Positions 12,916 through 26,544 of a stretch of DNA of 64,000 nucleotides are shown piece after piece. Where the stretch lies: the NCBI GenBank assembly GCA_028534125.1, contig CM052816.1:31374001-31438000 (forward strand). The letters run 5' to 3'. The translations under genes were made by a program, and so were the position numbers. The stretch's first letter is position 1. The number at the start of each line of letters is the position of its first letter. Under the pieces are notes generated by a model that was not told the origin of the DNA, searched no databases, and saw only the letters and a list, made by a program, of their open reading frames with translations. Source of the stretch: Lama glama (taxonomy: Eukaryota).

Positions 12916-15529
12916 GAGTCAGTGCTTTCCACTTGAATGAAGGGGGGAGGGCTGAACGGTTCATCGCTCATCGACAATGATGCCCAAGGTCACGTGCTGC
13001 ACCCTGACTGGTCTGTTTGAGAAGCCGGGATCCTTTGACTTTATACATATGTTTTCTCACTTACCATCCTCTCAATCCAGCCATCCAAAGAAAAGAGGGG
13101 AAAGGGTTTAGAAAAGGCTTGGCTATTTTGTTAGCTTAGAGGACACCTTCTAGTGAAGTTTTATATAACCTTGCTAAGAGTTGGATTATCTAAAGTGTCA
13201 AAATAGAATTCTGTTTCTGCTCAAGTCCCAGACAAACTTATTTTCCCTATTTTGACCTTTTCATTACTTTTATTCCTTAAGCCAAAGATAGCACTTCAAC
13301 TTTGTTGCAGGTGTGTCTTGTGCATATGTTCTGAGGTGACACTTACCCACTTGACCATCTTTGTGTCCTTTCTCCTGTCCCACTGAGTCCTCTCTCTCCT
13401 TCCCATTATCATTGTGTCAAGTAAAGGCTTTAACTGAAAGCTCGGACATCATCTCCCCACCACTCCTGTGCATTTCTTGGCATGCATAGCACCCTACTAA
13501 AGTGCCAGTTCACATTTATGCTCATTAAGTTTAGGATGTATTCTTTCTGCTCGCGATGTAACCAAAGACTGCAGCATGGTTGGAATCCCAAAGACTCTCC
13601 TACATACAGCTAAGGGGAAATTCTCTTTGTGACTGCATATCTTTGTAACTAGCTCCGAGAATTCTGACTGTCCCTAATTAGTTTGTAAAATGTTGGCTGT
13701 TGTACATTCTACCTCTTGAGAAGAGCTCTCCTAGGGTTCAAACGAAGTTCAATTATGACTTCTTTGCATATCATCTATAATCACAAACGTCAGCCAGGTA
13801 GGCTAGTGCTTGAACAGGTTCTAAGTGCTTCTAGTTCCCAGCTTGGTTACTTGGTGAGGAGGATATTTGAGCATTTAATGGGAGAATAACAAGTGTTTTG
13901 AGGCCCTCTATCCAACCAGTTTATCCAAAAGTAATGGATGAGTGTTGGAGATGAGTGACGTATCTTACCATCAGCCACGTGGCAGGGACTGGAGGAAAGG
14001 GACAAGATGAAGAAAGCCCTACGACCTCCAGATAAATAGTGGGTTGCTCAAGTCCTTAGAGCCCCTGGTAAGTTAGTGAGATCTGCCAGGGACACAGAAG
14101 ATGAGAACTGCGTCTTGGAAACCCCTTGTACAATAGCAGCTTAGAGTTGTGGGTGGACGGGCAATGGTGGTTATTCACTGCCTTTTTGTGTTTTGTTTTA
14201 TGTGGTCACTGTTTCTTCTTGGGAATAAATCTCTCCCTCTGAGAGTTTTTCCTGGCCGGATTTCAGGGCCTACCTCTTAGTTATACAGTGTGTTCTGATT
14301 TATAAGTTTTTGTGAAGACTTGGCCTATGAATAGATCCTTTATCCTGTTTGAAATTTTCTGTGCCGTCAGAATTTAGACAGTCTGCTGAAGGGGAGGCCA
14401 AAGGCAGTCTCCGAGTTCTGATCCCTGTCCTCCACACACCCCTTGGGTTGCCATGTGAGAAAAGTCCAATGTTTTATCTTCCCTCAGTATTTCTTCCCTT
14501 CACAACTACATGATTTATAAACAGTGAGGCTGAACATGCCCTCCCAAATGCCTGTATCTACCCCCATACATACACACTAACACTTGGACACACCAACAAC
14601 CAATGTTCTAAATGTTGAACTTGTCTAGCGTGTGACCATTCATCAACCAAACTCTGCCCCATTTTTACATGTTTTAAATTAATGGTGAAGGTCACATCTT
14701 GAATGTCTACTGTGTCCTTGAACTCATGTCCCTGTTCCTACATGTTTACATGCCTACAGCCTCACCCCCTGGATCAAATTTAGCACTAGACCTCACAGGA
14801 AATGCTCTAGGAAGAACGGTCAAGTCCTCCATGGCTCCAAGCAATAGCTAGCTTTGACCTTTGGCTGGATCTTGGAGCCGCTTTAGTGTTAAAATTTTTC
14901 CTTCTCACTTCAGTATCTCTGTCTTTCCATTTTTTTTTTCTCTTTGGGTCTAGTGTGCCTCCTGGGAGATCGAGACTCAAAGAAAACTCAACCTGAGAGT
15001 TTATAAGTTATGAGTACTATTTTAAAAAAAGTCTAACACCCTTGTTAACTTTTTTATAGTGCTGTCAAAGTTTATGAAGAGCAAAGCCAGTCATACGACT
15101 GGAGCCTGGGCTCCCAGCCATCCTGAGAGAGCAAATTGGGTTTTTGTCTACCAGAAGAGATGACCTCACACAAAATCTTTTCCTCCTCTTTTATCCTGGC
15201 TCAATTTTCTAAACAATTTCTTTGCCTGTGACCTTCTGTTGTAGAAAATGGACTAGTTAACTAGGAGTAAATAGTAGCAGAGCCATCTTTACAGATCAGA
15301 TTAATGGTAAGCATGTTTTCTAACCTCATTCCTGTGCATCATGTTTATTCCTTTTTTTTTTTTACAACATATATGATACTGGAAGTCATTTACTTATGGA
15401 CAGACGTTAATTGAGAAGGGGCACTATTTTAGACTCAGGATACCTTCATGAACAAGTCAGGCAGCATTCCTGATCCTACCCATTGAAATACTAGGTGAAC
15501 ATAGTACATATAACAGTGTGCACTAGCCT

Positions 15530-16245
15530 GGTGGGACTTCCTTTAAGAGGGACCTTCCTAAAAGGCTGACAATCCCACTGTCTGGTACTCGTGTCCTCTG
15601 CTTGAGTATGGGCTGGACCTGTGACTTCCAGCTATAGAATGAGGCAAAGGTGATGGAATATCACCTTGTAAGCAGATGGGGTAGGGGATCCCTGGAGAAA
15701 GAGAACCAGGCCTGGCTTTCTTGATTTAAGAGAAGACATTTTTGGCCTAATCCATTTTGTGACCTAAGCCTGGCCACAATGAACAGGTCTCAGTAATTAA
15801 TGATCTTAGAGGAACAAAAGAATGCAGGAGCAAATGACTGTTATCAGGCAAGAGAAGTAACAATAGCAAAGATAATATATCAGTTATGAAGATTCCCAGT
15901 TCTCTTTCAATGGTAAAGATTAACTTAAAGCTCTGAACCACCAGATCAGCTAAAACCTGAGGGTTGAAAATGCTGACCTTTTCTGATCTTTGTGACGTGA
16001 ATCAACTAAAGCTTGAACTCTGTTGACCACCCAAGCCCCTTTAAGAATATGCATGTACCCTTAACTTGAAACCTCCCCAATTTTGCTATTTTGGGGGACA
16101 CTGCTTTGGGAAAAATACCTGGTGCTTCCTTATTTACTACAGGCAATAAATCCTTCTCCCAATCTTTGGCTTGGTTGTGTCTTTTGGCTCAACACCCACC
16201 AAGAGAAAGATGAAGTTTTGGGTAACAACCTCAGTGATTTCAATA
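15530..16245 (+). mobile_element. Degraded MLT1-type LTR fragment hosting an ERV1 LTR
   Basis: ttgagtatgggctggacctgtgacttcc...atagaatgaggcaaaggtgatggaatatcacct, resuming after the inserted LTR. Confidence 0.55.
15667..16227 (+). mobile_element. ERV1-class solo LTR
   Basis: TGTAAG...GTAACA termini; perfect 4-bp TSD ACCT (15663-15666, 16228-16231); AATAAA near 16145. Confidence 0.85.
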
Positions 16246-16297
16246 GGAAGTAGAAGATTCCACTGTATCACTGAAGGTCTTTAAAAAGACTTGTCCT

Positions 16298-16458
16298 GGG
16301 AGGGAGGGTATAGCTCAGTGGTAAAATGTGTGCTTAGCAGGCACGAAGTCCTGGGTTCAATCCCCAGTACCTCCATTTAATTAGTAAACAAACAAACAAA
16401 CATAAACCTAATTATCCCCCAGTTTTTAAAAAAAAATTTTAAAAATAAGTTTAAAAAT
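16298..16458 (+). mobile_element. tRNA-derived SINE (vic-1-like)
   Basis: ggagggtatagctcagtggt...ctgggttcaatccccagtacctcc; perfect 14-bp TSD aaaagacttgtcct (16284-16297, 16459-16472). Confidence 0.92.
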
Positions 16459-16594
16459 AAAAGACTTGTCCTTTCCCACCCCAGAACCCCTCACCCAAGT
16501 ACCTTTATAGACCCCAAAAGGATTGTCTCCAGGTAGTTCATTTAATTCCGTGTGATAACTTTCCATTCTTTCATTCATTAGCTCAACAAACAGA

Positions 16595-16740
16595 TTTAAT
16601 TTCCTCATCTGTAAAATAAGTGTAATTTTAGTAGCTATCTCATAGTTGTCATGAGAGGAAATGAGTTAATATATAAAAATTGTATAAAATAATTGCTTAG
16701 CACATGTCAAATACTATATAAAGGTACATTAGTATTATTG
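16595..16740 (+). mobile_element. MIR SINE fragment
   Basis: tttcctcatctgtaaaataag...tatctcatagttgtcatgag. Confidence 0.6.
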
Positions 16741-18146
16741 ACATGGTTTGCAGTGTGCTTATTTACTTTTATGGTGAGGCAGTGACCCAGACATTGGGCA
16801 TACAGATATATAGAAGACATAGACCCTGTCCTGTAGCTGGTTCCTTGCGTCTGTCTGCTAGAGAGCTAAGTTCTGAACAGATAGGTGAACAAGACAGGAA
16901 GTTTATAAAGTAGAGGCTTGAAATCAATACAAATTCCAGCACACTGGAGAATTACATTGTAGGTGGGTGGAGTCTGGACATGGTAGTTGTAAAAGATGGA
17001 TCGAATAGCATCCCATGTCCTCTTAGGAGTCAGTCAATGCTAAAAGAGATGAGATTGGTGAAGATAAATTCATCTACATTATAATTTTCAAGGGTTAAGT
17101 CCTGCTAATGAAGAAAAAATTACAAACACTCATCATAGCTATAGGATTATTATTTATGACAAATTATGTATAGTAAACACAAGGTACAATAACTCAGTTA
17201 TGGCTTCAATAAAAGTGTAAGTTGTGGGAACATTAGATTTGATTGCTCTTCTTTCAGGAAAGTTAGTGGGAAGCCTAAGGGTGACACAGTCTTGGAGGTG
17301 GATGGGAATGGAGTGCTGGGCCTGATCTCTGGTCCCTGTTCTTTGAGAACATGGTTCCTTTTTGTGAATGGAATGTGGTAGAGCGAAGGGGAAACAGGCT
17401 GCCCTGCCCTGTATGGGACAGTTGTTAAAAATGAATTTGTTAGGAACAAGACTAGACCTCTAAACAAGCAAGCCGTTTAAAATTAAATCTGCTTCCTTGC
17501 GGTTTCTTGATTAAGGTATCATCCAAGATAAGGATGAAAATGAGATTGTACCCTGATGACATCATGTCATATTATAACTGCATGCTGGTGAGTGCATCTT
17601 AGTCTATGGCTGAACTTTGTTTTTCTGCTTTTACCTCTCTAGCTAGCATGCTGTCTGCAAATACCAAAATTCTATCTGTATTTACAAATAATGAGTTACC
17701 AAATGCTGATTAATGAAACTAGACAGAGAATGGTTAAATATTCAAAAGAGGGGCAAAATCATTACTCAGTAGTTCTTATTCCTATTCATGGATTCCCACA
17801 GCAAGGGTACATTTTGACCAATTTGGATACAGTTATGGTAGGAATAAAAGTGAGAGGCTTTGTTGAAATGTTGTATCTGTAGTAATACCTAGCTTTCTGA
17901 GAACTCCCCTAGACCTTCTTCCTAACTACCTCATACCACAAGTGCTTTGTTTTTCTGCCATAAAAAAGGATGAAAAAGAATTCTCCAGTGCTCTTCTCCT
18001 AAACTCTTATTCTGCTAGGCTTTATAAATATTTGTGCACCAAGTGAAACCAGATGTTTGATTTCCTCTCCTGGCCTATCACAAGAGGCCTTGATTTTCAC
18101 CCTGGAGGTTGTTCTTTTCAGCTTGAAACCTTGTTATGAATGACCC

Positions 18147-18619
18147 TGTGATGGTTAATTTTATGTGTCAATTTGGGCACATAAATTGGGCAAAGGCATG
18201 CCCAGATAGCAAGTAAAATACTATTTCTGGGTGTGTCTGTGAGGGTGTTTCCAGAACAGGTTAACCTTTGAATGGGAAAAGTAAAGAAGAGTGACCCCAC
18301 CAACTGGGTAGGCCTCATCCTATCTCTGAGGGTCTGCTAGAACAAAATGGTGGAGGAAAGATACACGTGCTCTGGGACATCCATCTTCTCATGCCCACAG
18401 ACAGGGGTGCTCCTGGTCCTCCTTACGTGTAGGCCTTCAGACTGTCCAGGATTTATGTCATTGGCCCTAATCTCAGGTCGTTGGATTTGAATTACACCAC
18501 TGGCTTTGCTGGTTCTCTAGTTTATAGACTGCATATCCATAATTGCAGGAGCTAATTCCTGTTACATAAATCTATATATTCTATTGGTTCTCTTTCTCTG
18601 GAGAACTCTGACTAATACA
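18147..18619 (+). mobile_element. MLT2 (ERVL) solo LTR
   Basis: tgtgatggttaattttatgtgtcaa...ctggagaactctgactaataca. Confidence 0.88.
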
Positions 18620-18780
18620 GATTTCTTTGCATATCAGCTAGTGAGCATATAAGCCTGAAGTAGATTTGATGTTTATTTCTTGGAGTGGAGTACATGTAAA
18701 AATGAGACCTCACAAGGATGTAGAATTTGTAATAATTGAAAAGAAAGGCTTGTGGTAGAATCTGAGCTCTACTATTTATT

Positions 18781-19324
18781 ATATATTTTTAAATTGAAGT
18801 ATAATTGATTTAAATGTGTTAGTTTCTGGTGTACAGCAAAGTGTTTCAGATATATATATATGCACACATACATACTTTTTCATATTATTTTTCACTATAC
18901 ATTATTACAAGATATTGAATATACTTCCCTGTGCTATATAGTAAGACTTTATTGTTTATCTATTTTATATATAGTAGTTTATATCTACTAATCCCAAACT
19001 CCTAATTTATCCCTGTCCCTCTTTCCACTTTGGTAACTGTAAATTTGTTTTCTATGTTTGTGAGTGTGTTTCTGTTTTGCAAACAAGTCCATTTGTATCT
19101 TTTTTTTAGATGCTACATGTAAGCGATATCATATGATATTTGTCTTTGTCTTTCTGACTTACTTCACTCAGTATAATCATCTCCAGGTCCATCCATGTTA
19201 CTTCAAATGGCATTGTTTCCTTCTTTTTATGACTGAGTAGTATTCCATTGTATATATACACATCTTCTTTACCCCTTCATCTGTTGATGAATGTTTAGGT
19301 TGTTTCTATATCTTGGCTATTGTA
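18781..19324 (-). mobile_element. 5'-truncated L1 (3' UTR) inserted in a MIR
   Basis: Typical L1 3' UTR (ttctgacttacttcactcagtataatcatctccaggtccatccatgtt); imperfect TSD tactatttatt/tgctatttact. Confidence 0.85.
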
Positions 19325-19764
19325 TGCTATTTACTATCTTGAATGGGTTATTTAATCTTTCCAAGCCTCCTCTTCCTCTAAAATGAGAATACAATTACTA
19401 AATTGAGATAAGATAATTTAGTGAGATGGTTTATGTAAAAATACTCAGCATATAGTAGAACAATCAATACTTATCAACTATTCCTATTATGTTTTCATTG
19501 GGAAGCAGGGAAAGGAAAGAGGAGGAGGAGGAAGAGCTTGGGTCTTGTCTAGCACTGTATGGAAGAAGGAGGGAGGGTATGAGGGAAAGTTTTAAAAGTG
19601 GTGATAGTGGAAAACTACAAATTTCTCTAAATTCATCATCTCACAAACGGCCAATTCTGGTGTTGATACCTTGTGCCAATGCCTTCTACAAGAATATCAT
19701 ACCTGTTCCCCACCAAATTCCTGGGATCCAAATGCTTTAATATACTTTGTCCAGTAGAGTATTC

Positions 19765-20357
19765 TAAGCATAATAAGGGCCCACTAAAGTTGTTCATGTC
19801 ATAATTTCTAGAACATGTAAGCATGTTACTTTATATAACAAAAAGGACTTAGCAGATGTAATGAAGATTATGAATCTTGATATGGGTTTTATTTGAGTAA
19901 AATCCATCTAACCATCTAAGTCTATGAAAGTAAAAAAGGAAGACAACAGTCAGCCAGAGAGTTGAGGCAGAATCACAAAGAGAAGAGATTCAGTGCTTGA
20001 GGGGTAATTAACCCCCTGTTGCTGGCTTTGAGAATGGAGGAAGGAGGTCATGAGCCAAGGGATCCAGGCAGCCTCTAGAACCTGGCTAAGGCCCTCAGCT
20101 GACAGCCAGCAAAGAAATGGGGACTTAGTACTGCAACCATAAGGAACTGAATTCTGCCAACAACCCGTATGATCAAGGAAATGAATTGTCCCTTAGAGCC
20201 TTCAGAAAGAAATGCAGCCCTGCTCACACCATGCTTTTAGCTCAGTGAGACCCAGGCTGGACTTCCAACATGGAGAACTATAAGATAATGTATTTTTTGT
20301 TGTTTAAGCCACTACATTAGTGGTAACTTGCTTTGATAGCAATACAAAACTAATAAA
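19765..20357 (+). mobile_element. MLT1 (D/E-like) MaLR LTR
   Basis: aaggacttagcagatgtaatgaag...gccaagggatccaggcagcctctaga...aaggaactgaattctgccaacaacc...tttaagccact. Confidence 0.8.
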
Positions 20358-20859
20358 TGGAGGTAAAGATAAAAGCTTCATTTCATTTAATTCATTGATT
20401 TATTCACTTATTCATTTTTAGACATTCATTGAGCAACTCTAGTGAACCAGGCACTGAGCCAATCGCTGGTAATAAAAGCATGAATAAGACCCAGTCCTGG
20501 CTCTCAGTATGTTTATAGAAAGTCAGTGGAAGGACCAGAGAAGGTTTCAGACTACCCAAACAACTTGTTCTGCCTTAATTTGCTGAACTACTCAACCTTT
20601 CCTCTTGCCTGCAATTGCAAAACAATTAGTCACAAGTAGGGGTGTGTCATTTTTTGCAAACTCACTGGCATAAATGTAGCATGGACAAGCTAAAGAAAAA
20701 CAAATGGGTTTTTCCCACTTGGTCCATTTCCAATGAGATCATGGCTTTGGTGTCCTTCAGTATAGGGCTTTGGCCACTTAATAAACAGTATCACACTGCT
20801 GTAGCCCAGTGGCATTCTTCTTCCTCAGAAGAGCTATCTGTAGATGGCTGCCTTGGTCA

Positions 20860-21030
20860 GGACTCCCCAGACCTTAGTGTGCCTAAAAAATCATCTGCAA
20901 GGCTTGTTAAAACACAGATTCCTGCCCTACTCCAGAGATTCTGACTCAGTGGGCTAGGACCTGAGAAAGTGAATTTCTAACAAGCTCCTGGATTATGCTT
21001 CCTGTCCGTGGGCCATACTTTGAGTGTCTT
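20860..21030. mobile_element. MER5-like MITE
   Basis: aatcatctgcaaggcttgttaaaacacagattcctg...agattctgactcagtggg. Confidence 0.65.
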
Positions 21031-22203
21031 TGGTGGATCATTCCTTATTTAATAATAAACATGGCTAATGGAGCCAGGATCATCAGAAGCAGACAAACCT
21101 CAAAAACATGCAGCATATCTGCCAGTTGGTGCCATACTTTTGAGTACCTGAGCCCTGGTAGTCCTCCACCCTGGTCTCTCTCACCTTTGTTCTCAGATGG
21201 TGCTTCCCGGTCCTCCCATGGTAACTGGGATGCCCGGCAACTTGCTGCAAACTCAGACCATTGAGAAATAAGGGGGAGGAGGGGAGAGGGAGTGGTGCTT
21301 CTCTAGCCCATAAGTCCTGAAGCCCTCGCAACATAAACTGCATCCTCACTGATAAGGTTAAAAAAAAAAACATTGAAATCTCTACTTGCGCAACTCAGAT
21401 GAGGGCAGAGGATGTCTCGTGCTGAGAGGCAGGCAAGGTGACTGGTTACACAATGTGCCCTGTTGGCACGGGGTGGGGGGGTGAGCTGACACTGCAGCCT
21501 CTCCTCATCCCTAGTCGCTGTTAATATCCCCTCACTAAGTTCCATTGCACTTTATTTCCCTCGCCACTGTCCTTCCATGAACTTGGTAAAATCCAAGGAT
21601 GTGCTGGAATGTATGGGCACAGACAGCTGCTCACAACTTACTGCTCAGTCCTCTGGCATTGCCCTGCTGAAAATCTTTGATTTGCGCTGTGAAACCTTAA
21701 TACAGCGATTCCTGGTGATAGTCTTGAACTCCTAAACTGAGTACCTGTACGTGTCACACCACTTTTATTGGCTGTATGGATCCTGGTACCTCTTTCTCAG
21801 ATTCAGAAAGATAAAATAGGATTTGAGGCTGCTGTTTGGAAAAAATCCCATTAAAATGCCAAGGCATCCTTTCTCTCATTTGGAAAAGGAGAAATGTCAT
21901 AAATCAGAACTTTGCCAAATACTGCTTCCTGGATTAAAAGAAAAAAATACCATCTTTGTTATAGAAATTGGTTTTTGCTTAAGTCCTCTTTCTATACAAA
22001 AGATCTTTCTAGAGGTAAAGGAAGATGGTTTACCTCCAAATAACTGTGGGAGTGTTATTTTCTTTATACTAGGTCACAAAATTAAAAAGACTTGTTTGAC
22101 ATATGGACTTTTAAATAATCTGTAAATCTCTTTTCTTTTAACAGGAGTGAAAGACCATGATTACTCATATTTGTTAAATGATTAGTTTTGTTTTGCTCTA
22201 AAG

Positions 22204-22700
22204 CAGAAATTCTTATTTTGTATTATGAACCCCTCTGGAAATCTGTTGATGTCTACAGATCTTTTCTAAGAATAATATTCTAAATACATTAAAAACATCG
22301 TGTGTGGGGCTACAAATAAAAACAAGTATTTATAAATAGTTACCTAAATACTGAGCCAAATTTGTGATGTAGTAATGCACATGCTTCTTTATGAATGCAT
22401 CAGATATGATCTAGCATCAGGCTTACTACCTACTATAATTTTGATATAATAATAAGCAGAAACAGTATTTTGAGATATCTGTAACAACTGTAATGGGAAT
22501 GAATACATCTGTGATTTCTACTAGAGATAAAGACCCAGTTGCCTTTTACTGTGATTCGATGTCTATATTCTTAATTGAAGGGAATTCTAAATTTCAGAAA
22601 GAGGTTAGTGAAAATAAAGATACAGTCACTGCCATGGACTCCCTGAATTCTGTTCCTAGACCTCCTTGGGGGTCAGTGGACCACAGACTGAGAAAACCTG
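22204..22700 (+). mobile_element. Charlie4a-like hAT DNA transposon (second copy)
   Basis: CAG...CTG ends; flanks share ctaaag (hAT-like TSD remnant); homologous to 8016-8505. Confidence 0.75.
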
Positions 22701-23714
22701 CCTAAAGCACCCCTGACTTTAATGTCCCTCCTCCCTTTGAGCTTCTTTTTATTAACTCTACATTTTAATGCATTCAAGAAAAGGATTTCTGTGAATCAGC
22801 CAGCCTTTACTGAATGGAGGCTATCATCCTTCTTTGGGGAATACTTCTGGGCTATCTCTGGAATTCCGAAAGTGTTATGATCAAAGTCTTTGACCCTCAT
22901 GGAGTTTTAATGACTTAGGTAACATAATGATCTATTGATTTAAAATTTTTCTAAGAAACATTGAACTATTTACACTAAATGTGAAAAAAAAATTTACTCT
23001 CCACCCCACTTCCACTTTCATTCTCTTGCCAAGAAGGGAATCACTGTTGACAATGCGTTTACGTGTGATACATACTTTATAATTCTCTGATCATCATATG
23101 CCAATGGGAACATGAATGTATTACTGTACTTAGTGTTAAGTGGGAAACAGGCAGTACTCAATTTATTTCTGCAAGTTTAATATCTTTTAGTTCAGGTTCC
23201 TGAAGAAAGATTAGCTATATTTTCTCTCACATGCAAAGAATTCCAGGACAGTTCTCACAGATCCGACTTGGGTCAGATGTCAACTTGGTCCAGACTCTTG
23301 GCTGGGATGGATGCAGGGTTGGATCAAGTTAATACACAGGTGCTTCTGCTGCAAACGTGTAAACACCTGAGTTGAGCAATTCTGTTCTTCAAAAAGAAGT
23401 GAGCAGATGCCTCCACTACCCGACCTTTAAAAGACTGGTAACAGTTTTTCCTCAGCATGAAACAGAATTGAGACCTACATGGAGAATGAGAGGACTAGGC
23501 TTCCCTCTTCTTTTGTTATGAACCAGGAGCAATAGCTCATTTTCTTTTAAAATAATTTCAGTATTAGTTTTTCTGAATAAAATGCAATGCACGAGGTAGT
23601 AAGAATTGGGGGGAAATTTTTAACATACAATAAAGCATTAAAGTATGACACATTTCTTTGAGATAACCTCTGCCAAGCCTGTGGGCTCTACTTCTTTCCT
23701 GTCTTTGTCCTTTG

Positions 23715-23896
23715 ATCATCCGGATTTGAACATTTAATAGAATCATCTGGGGAGCTTTTAAACCTACTCATGCCTGGATCCTAACCCCAGCGATTCTGAC
23801 ACAGTTGATTTGAGGTGTGCCCTGATCATTAGTCTTTGTTGTTTTTTTTTAATTCCCCAGGCAATTCTGATCTCCAGCCAAAGTTGAGAACCGCTG
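23715..23896. mobile_element. MER5-like MITE
   Basis: agaatcatctggggagcttttaa...ccaggcaattctgatctccagccaaagttgagaaccgctg. Confidence 0.65.
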
Positions 23897-24149
23897 ACTT
23901 GGGTTGTTCTCATATTCTTTTTAGTTACACAAGTAACGCGTAAATACATTCTTATTAATTGTTTTTAAATACAATTCTTAATTTTTGAAACATTTTTCAA
24001 AGTACATGCAGTACAGGTTCTTAAACTCTAATATGCAGCAGAATCACCTGGGATTATATCTAACATGTAGATTTCCATGATTGATCTGATTTATTAAGAG
24101 TGAGGTGGGATCTATGAATGTATATTTTTTATAATCTTCCCTTTTTCCT

Positions 24150-24490
24150 TTTGTATTAAAGTCTTAATTTTGAAATAAGTTTATATTTACAAAAGAGTTA
24201 CAGAGAATTCCCCATGCCCTTCATTTGGCCTCAAACATCTTAGTTAACCATGGTACACTTAATCAAAATTAAGAAATTAATGTTAGTACAGTCCTATTAA
24301 TTAAACAACAGACTTTATTTGGATTTCACACTTTTTACACTGTCTTTTTTCTGTTCCAGGATCCAAACTACCAGGATACCATGTTACATTTAGTTGTCAT
24401 TTCTTTTTAGTCTCCTTCATTTTGTAATGGTGTTTTGGTCTTTCTTTACCTTTCATGACCTTGGCTCTTATGAAGGGTTTAGTTAGTTAT
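24150..24490 (-). mobile_element. Old L1 (L1MC-like) 3' end
   Basis: ttaattttgaaataagtttatatttacaaaagag...cagactttatttggatttcac...ttctgttccaggatccaa. Confidence 0.65.
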
Positions 24491-24522
24491 CCCACAACAG
24501 TTTTTAATATGGAATCTTTAAA

Positions 24523-26544
24523 AAATTTTTTTTTGAGGAATAGGTGATTTGCAATATAATGTTAGTCTCAGGTGTACAGCATAGTGATTCAAATTTTTTA
24601 TAGATTATACTCCATTTTTAATTATAAAATATTGGCCATATCCCCTGTGTGGTATAATTTATCCTTATAACCTATTTATTTTATATGTAGTACTTTGTAC
24701 CTGTTAACCCACTACCCATATTTTGTCCCTGTCCCCACTGATAACCACTAGTTTTTCCTCTATATCTGTGAGTATGTTTCTTTTTTATTCACTCATTTGT
24801 TTTATTTTTTATATTCCACATATATAACATACAGTATTTATGTTTCTGTTTCTCTGTCTGACTTATCTACTTAGCATAATGTCCTTCAAGTCCATCCATT
24901 TTGCTGCAAGTGACAAGATTTCATTCTTCTTTATTGCTGAGTAGTATTCCATTGCATATATATACCACATCTTCTTTATCCATTCATCTTTTGATGAACA
25001 CTTTTGCTACGTCCATGTCTAGCCTAGTGTAGATAATGTTGCTATGAACTTTGAGTGAATGTATCTTTTTAAATTAGTGTTTTTTGTTTTCTTTGGATAT
25101 ATACCCAAGAAGTAGAATTGCTGGGTCATCTGGTACTCCTATTTTCAGTTTTTTGAGAAACTCCCATACTGATTTCCACAGTGGCTACACCAATTTGCAT
25201 TCCCACCAACAGTGTACAAGGGTTCCTTTTTCTTCACATCCTTGCCAGCATTTGTTATTTCTGTTCTGCTTGATGATAGCCATTCTGACAGGTCTGAGGT
25301 GATATCTTGTTGTGGTTTTGACTGGCATTTCTCTGATAACTAGCAACAATGAACATCTTTTCATGTGCCTATTGGCTACCTGTATGTCTTCTCTGGAAAA
25401 ATGGCTATTCAGGTCTTCTGTGCATTTATTAATTGGGTTGTTTGTTTTTTTGATATTGAATTGTATGGGCTGTTTATATATTTTGGTTATTAACCCCTTA
25501 TCCATTGTCTCATTTGCAAATATTTTCTCCCATTCAGTAGGTTGTCTTTTTGTTTTGTTTATGGTTTCCTTTGCTGTGCAAGATTTTTAAGTTTGCTTGG
25601 GTCCCATTTGTTTATTTTTGCTTTTGTTTCCTTTGCCTTAGGAGACAGATCCAAAAAATACTGCTACAATTTACGTCAAAGAACGTTTTGTCTATATTTT
25701 CCTCTAAGAGTTTTATGGTTTCCAGTCTTACATTTAGATGTTTAATCCATTTTGAGTTTATTTTTGTATATAGTGTGAGAGATTGTTCTAATTTCATTCT
25801 TTTACCTGTAGGTGTCCATTTTTTCCAGCACTTCTTGAAGAGATTGTCTTTTCTTCATTGTACATTCTTGCCTCCTTTAAAATAGACTAATTAATTGACC
25901 ATAAGTACTTGGGTTTATTTCTGGGTTCTCTACTCTTTTCCATTGATCTTTGTGTCTCCCTTTGTGCCAGTCTCATACTGTCATGATTACTGTAGTTTTG
26001 TAATACAGTCTGAAGTCAGGAAGTGTGATTTCTCCAGCTCTGTTATTCTTTCTAAAGATTGTTTTGGCTATTTGGGGTCTTTTGTGTTTCCATACAAAAG
26101 TTTAAATTATTTGTTCTCATTCTGTGAAGTATGCCATTGGTATTTTAATAGAGATTTCATTGCATCTATAGATTGCCTTGGGTAATATGGTCATCTTAAC
26201 AATATTAATTCTTCTAATCTATGAAAATGGTATATCTTTGCATCTGTTTGTGTCATCTTCAACTTCTTTCATCACTGTCTTATGTTTTTTTGAGTACGGA
26301 TCTTTTACCTCTTTAGGTAGGTTTGTTCCTAGGTATTGTATTGTATTGTATTGTATTTTTTCGATGTGATAGTAACCACTTTCATTTTTGTTCCTTCTTT
26401 ATATCTTAAGTTGTAGAAGATCTTTTCTGGTAGGTTCCAGTTTTTTCCACGAACAATTGTTCTGTAAATAGTTGTAATTTTGGTGAGCCTGTGAGAGGAG
26501 TTGAGTTCAGTGTCTTCCTACTCCACTATCTTGGGAACTGTCTG
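24523..26544 (-). mobile_element. Internally deleted L1: ~170 bp 5' terminus joined to distal ORF2 plus 3' UTR
   Basis: ORF-track 25185-25505(-) encodes the L1 ORF2 C-terminus (...HMKRCS...[12 protein letters not shown]...[21 protein letters not shown]). 26376-26544 resembles an L1 5' UTR start. Flanking repeat atatggaat(c/t)tttaaa at 24507-24522 and 26545-26560. Confidence 0.85.

Noticed and set aside
25084..26369. Cluster of overlapping 60-110 aa ORFs
   Set aside because: Sense and antisense fragments of decayed L1 ORF2; not a host gene and no intact ORF2.
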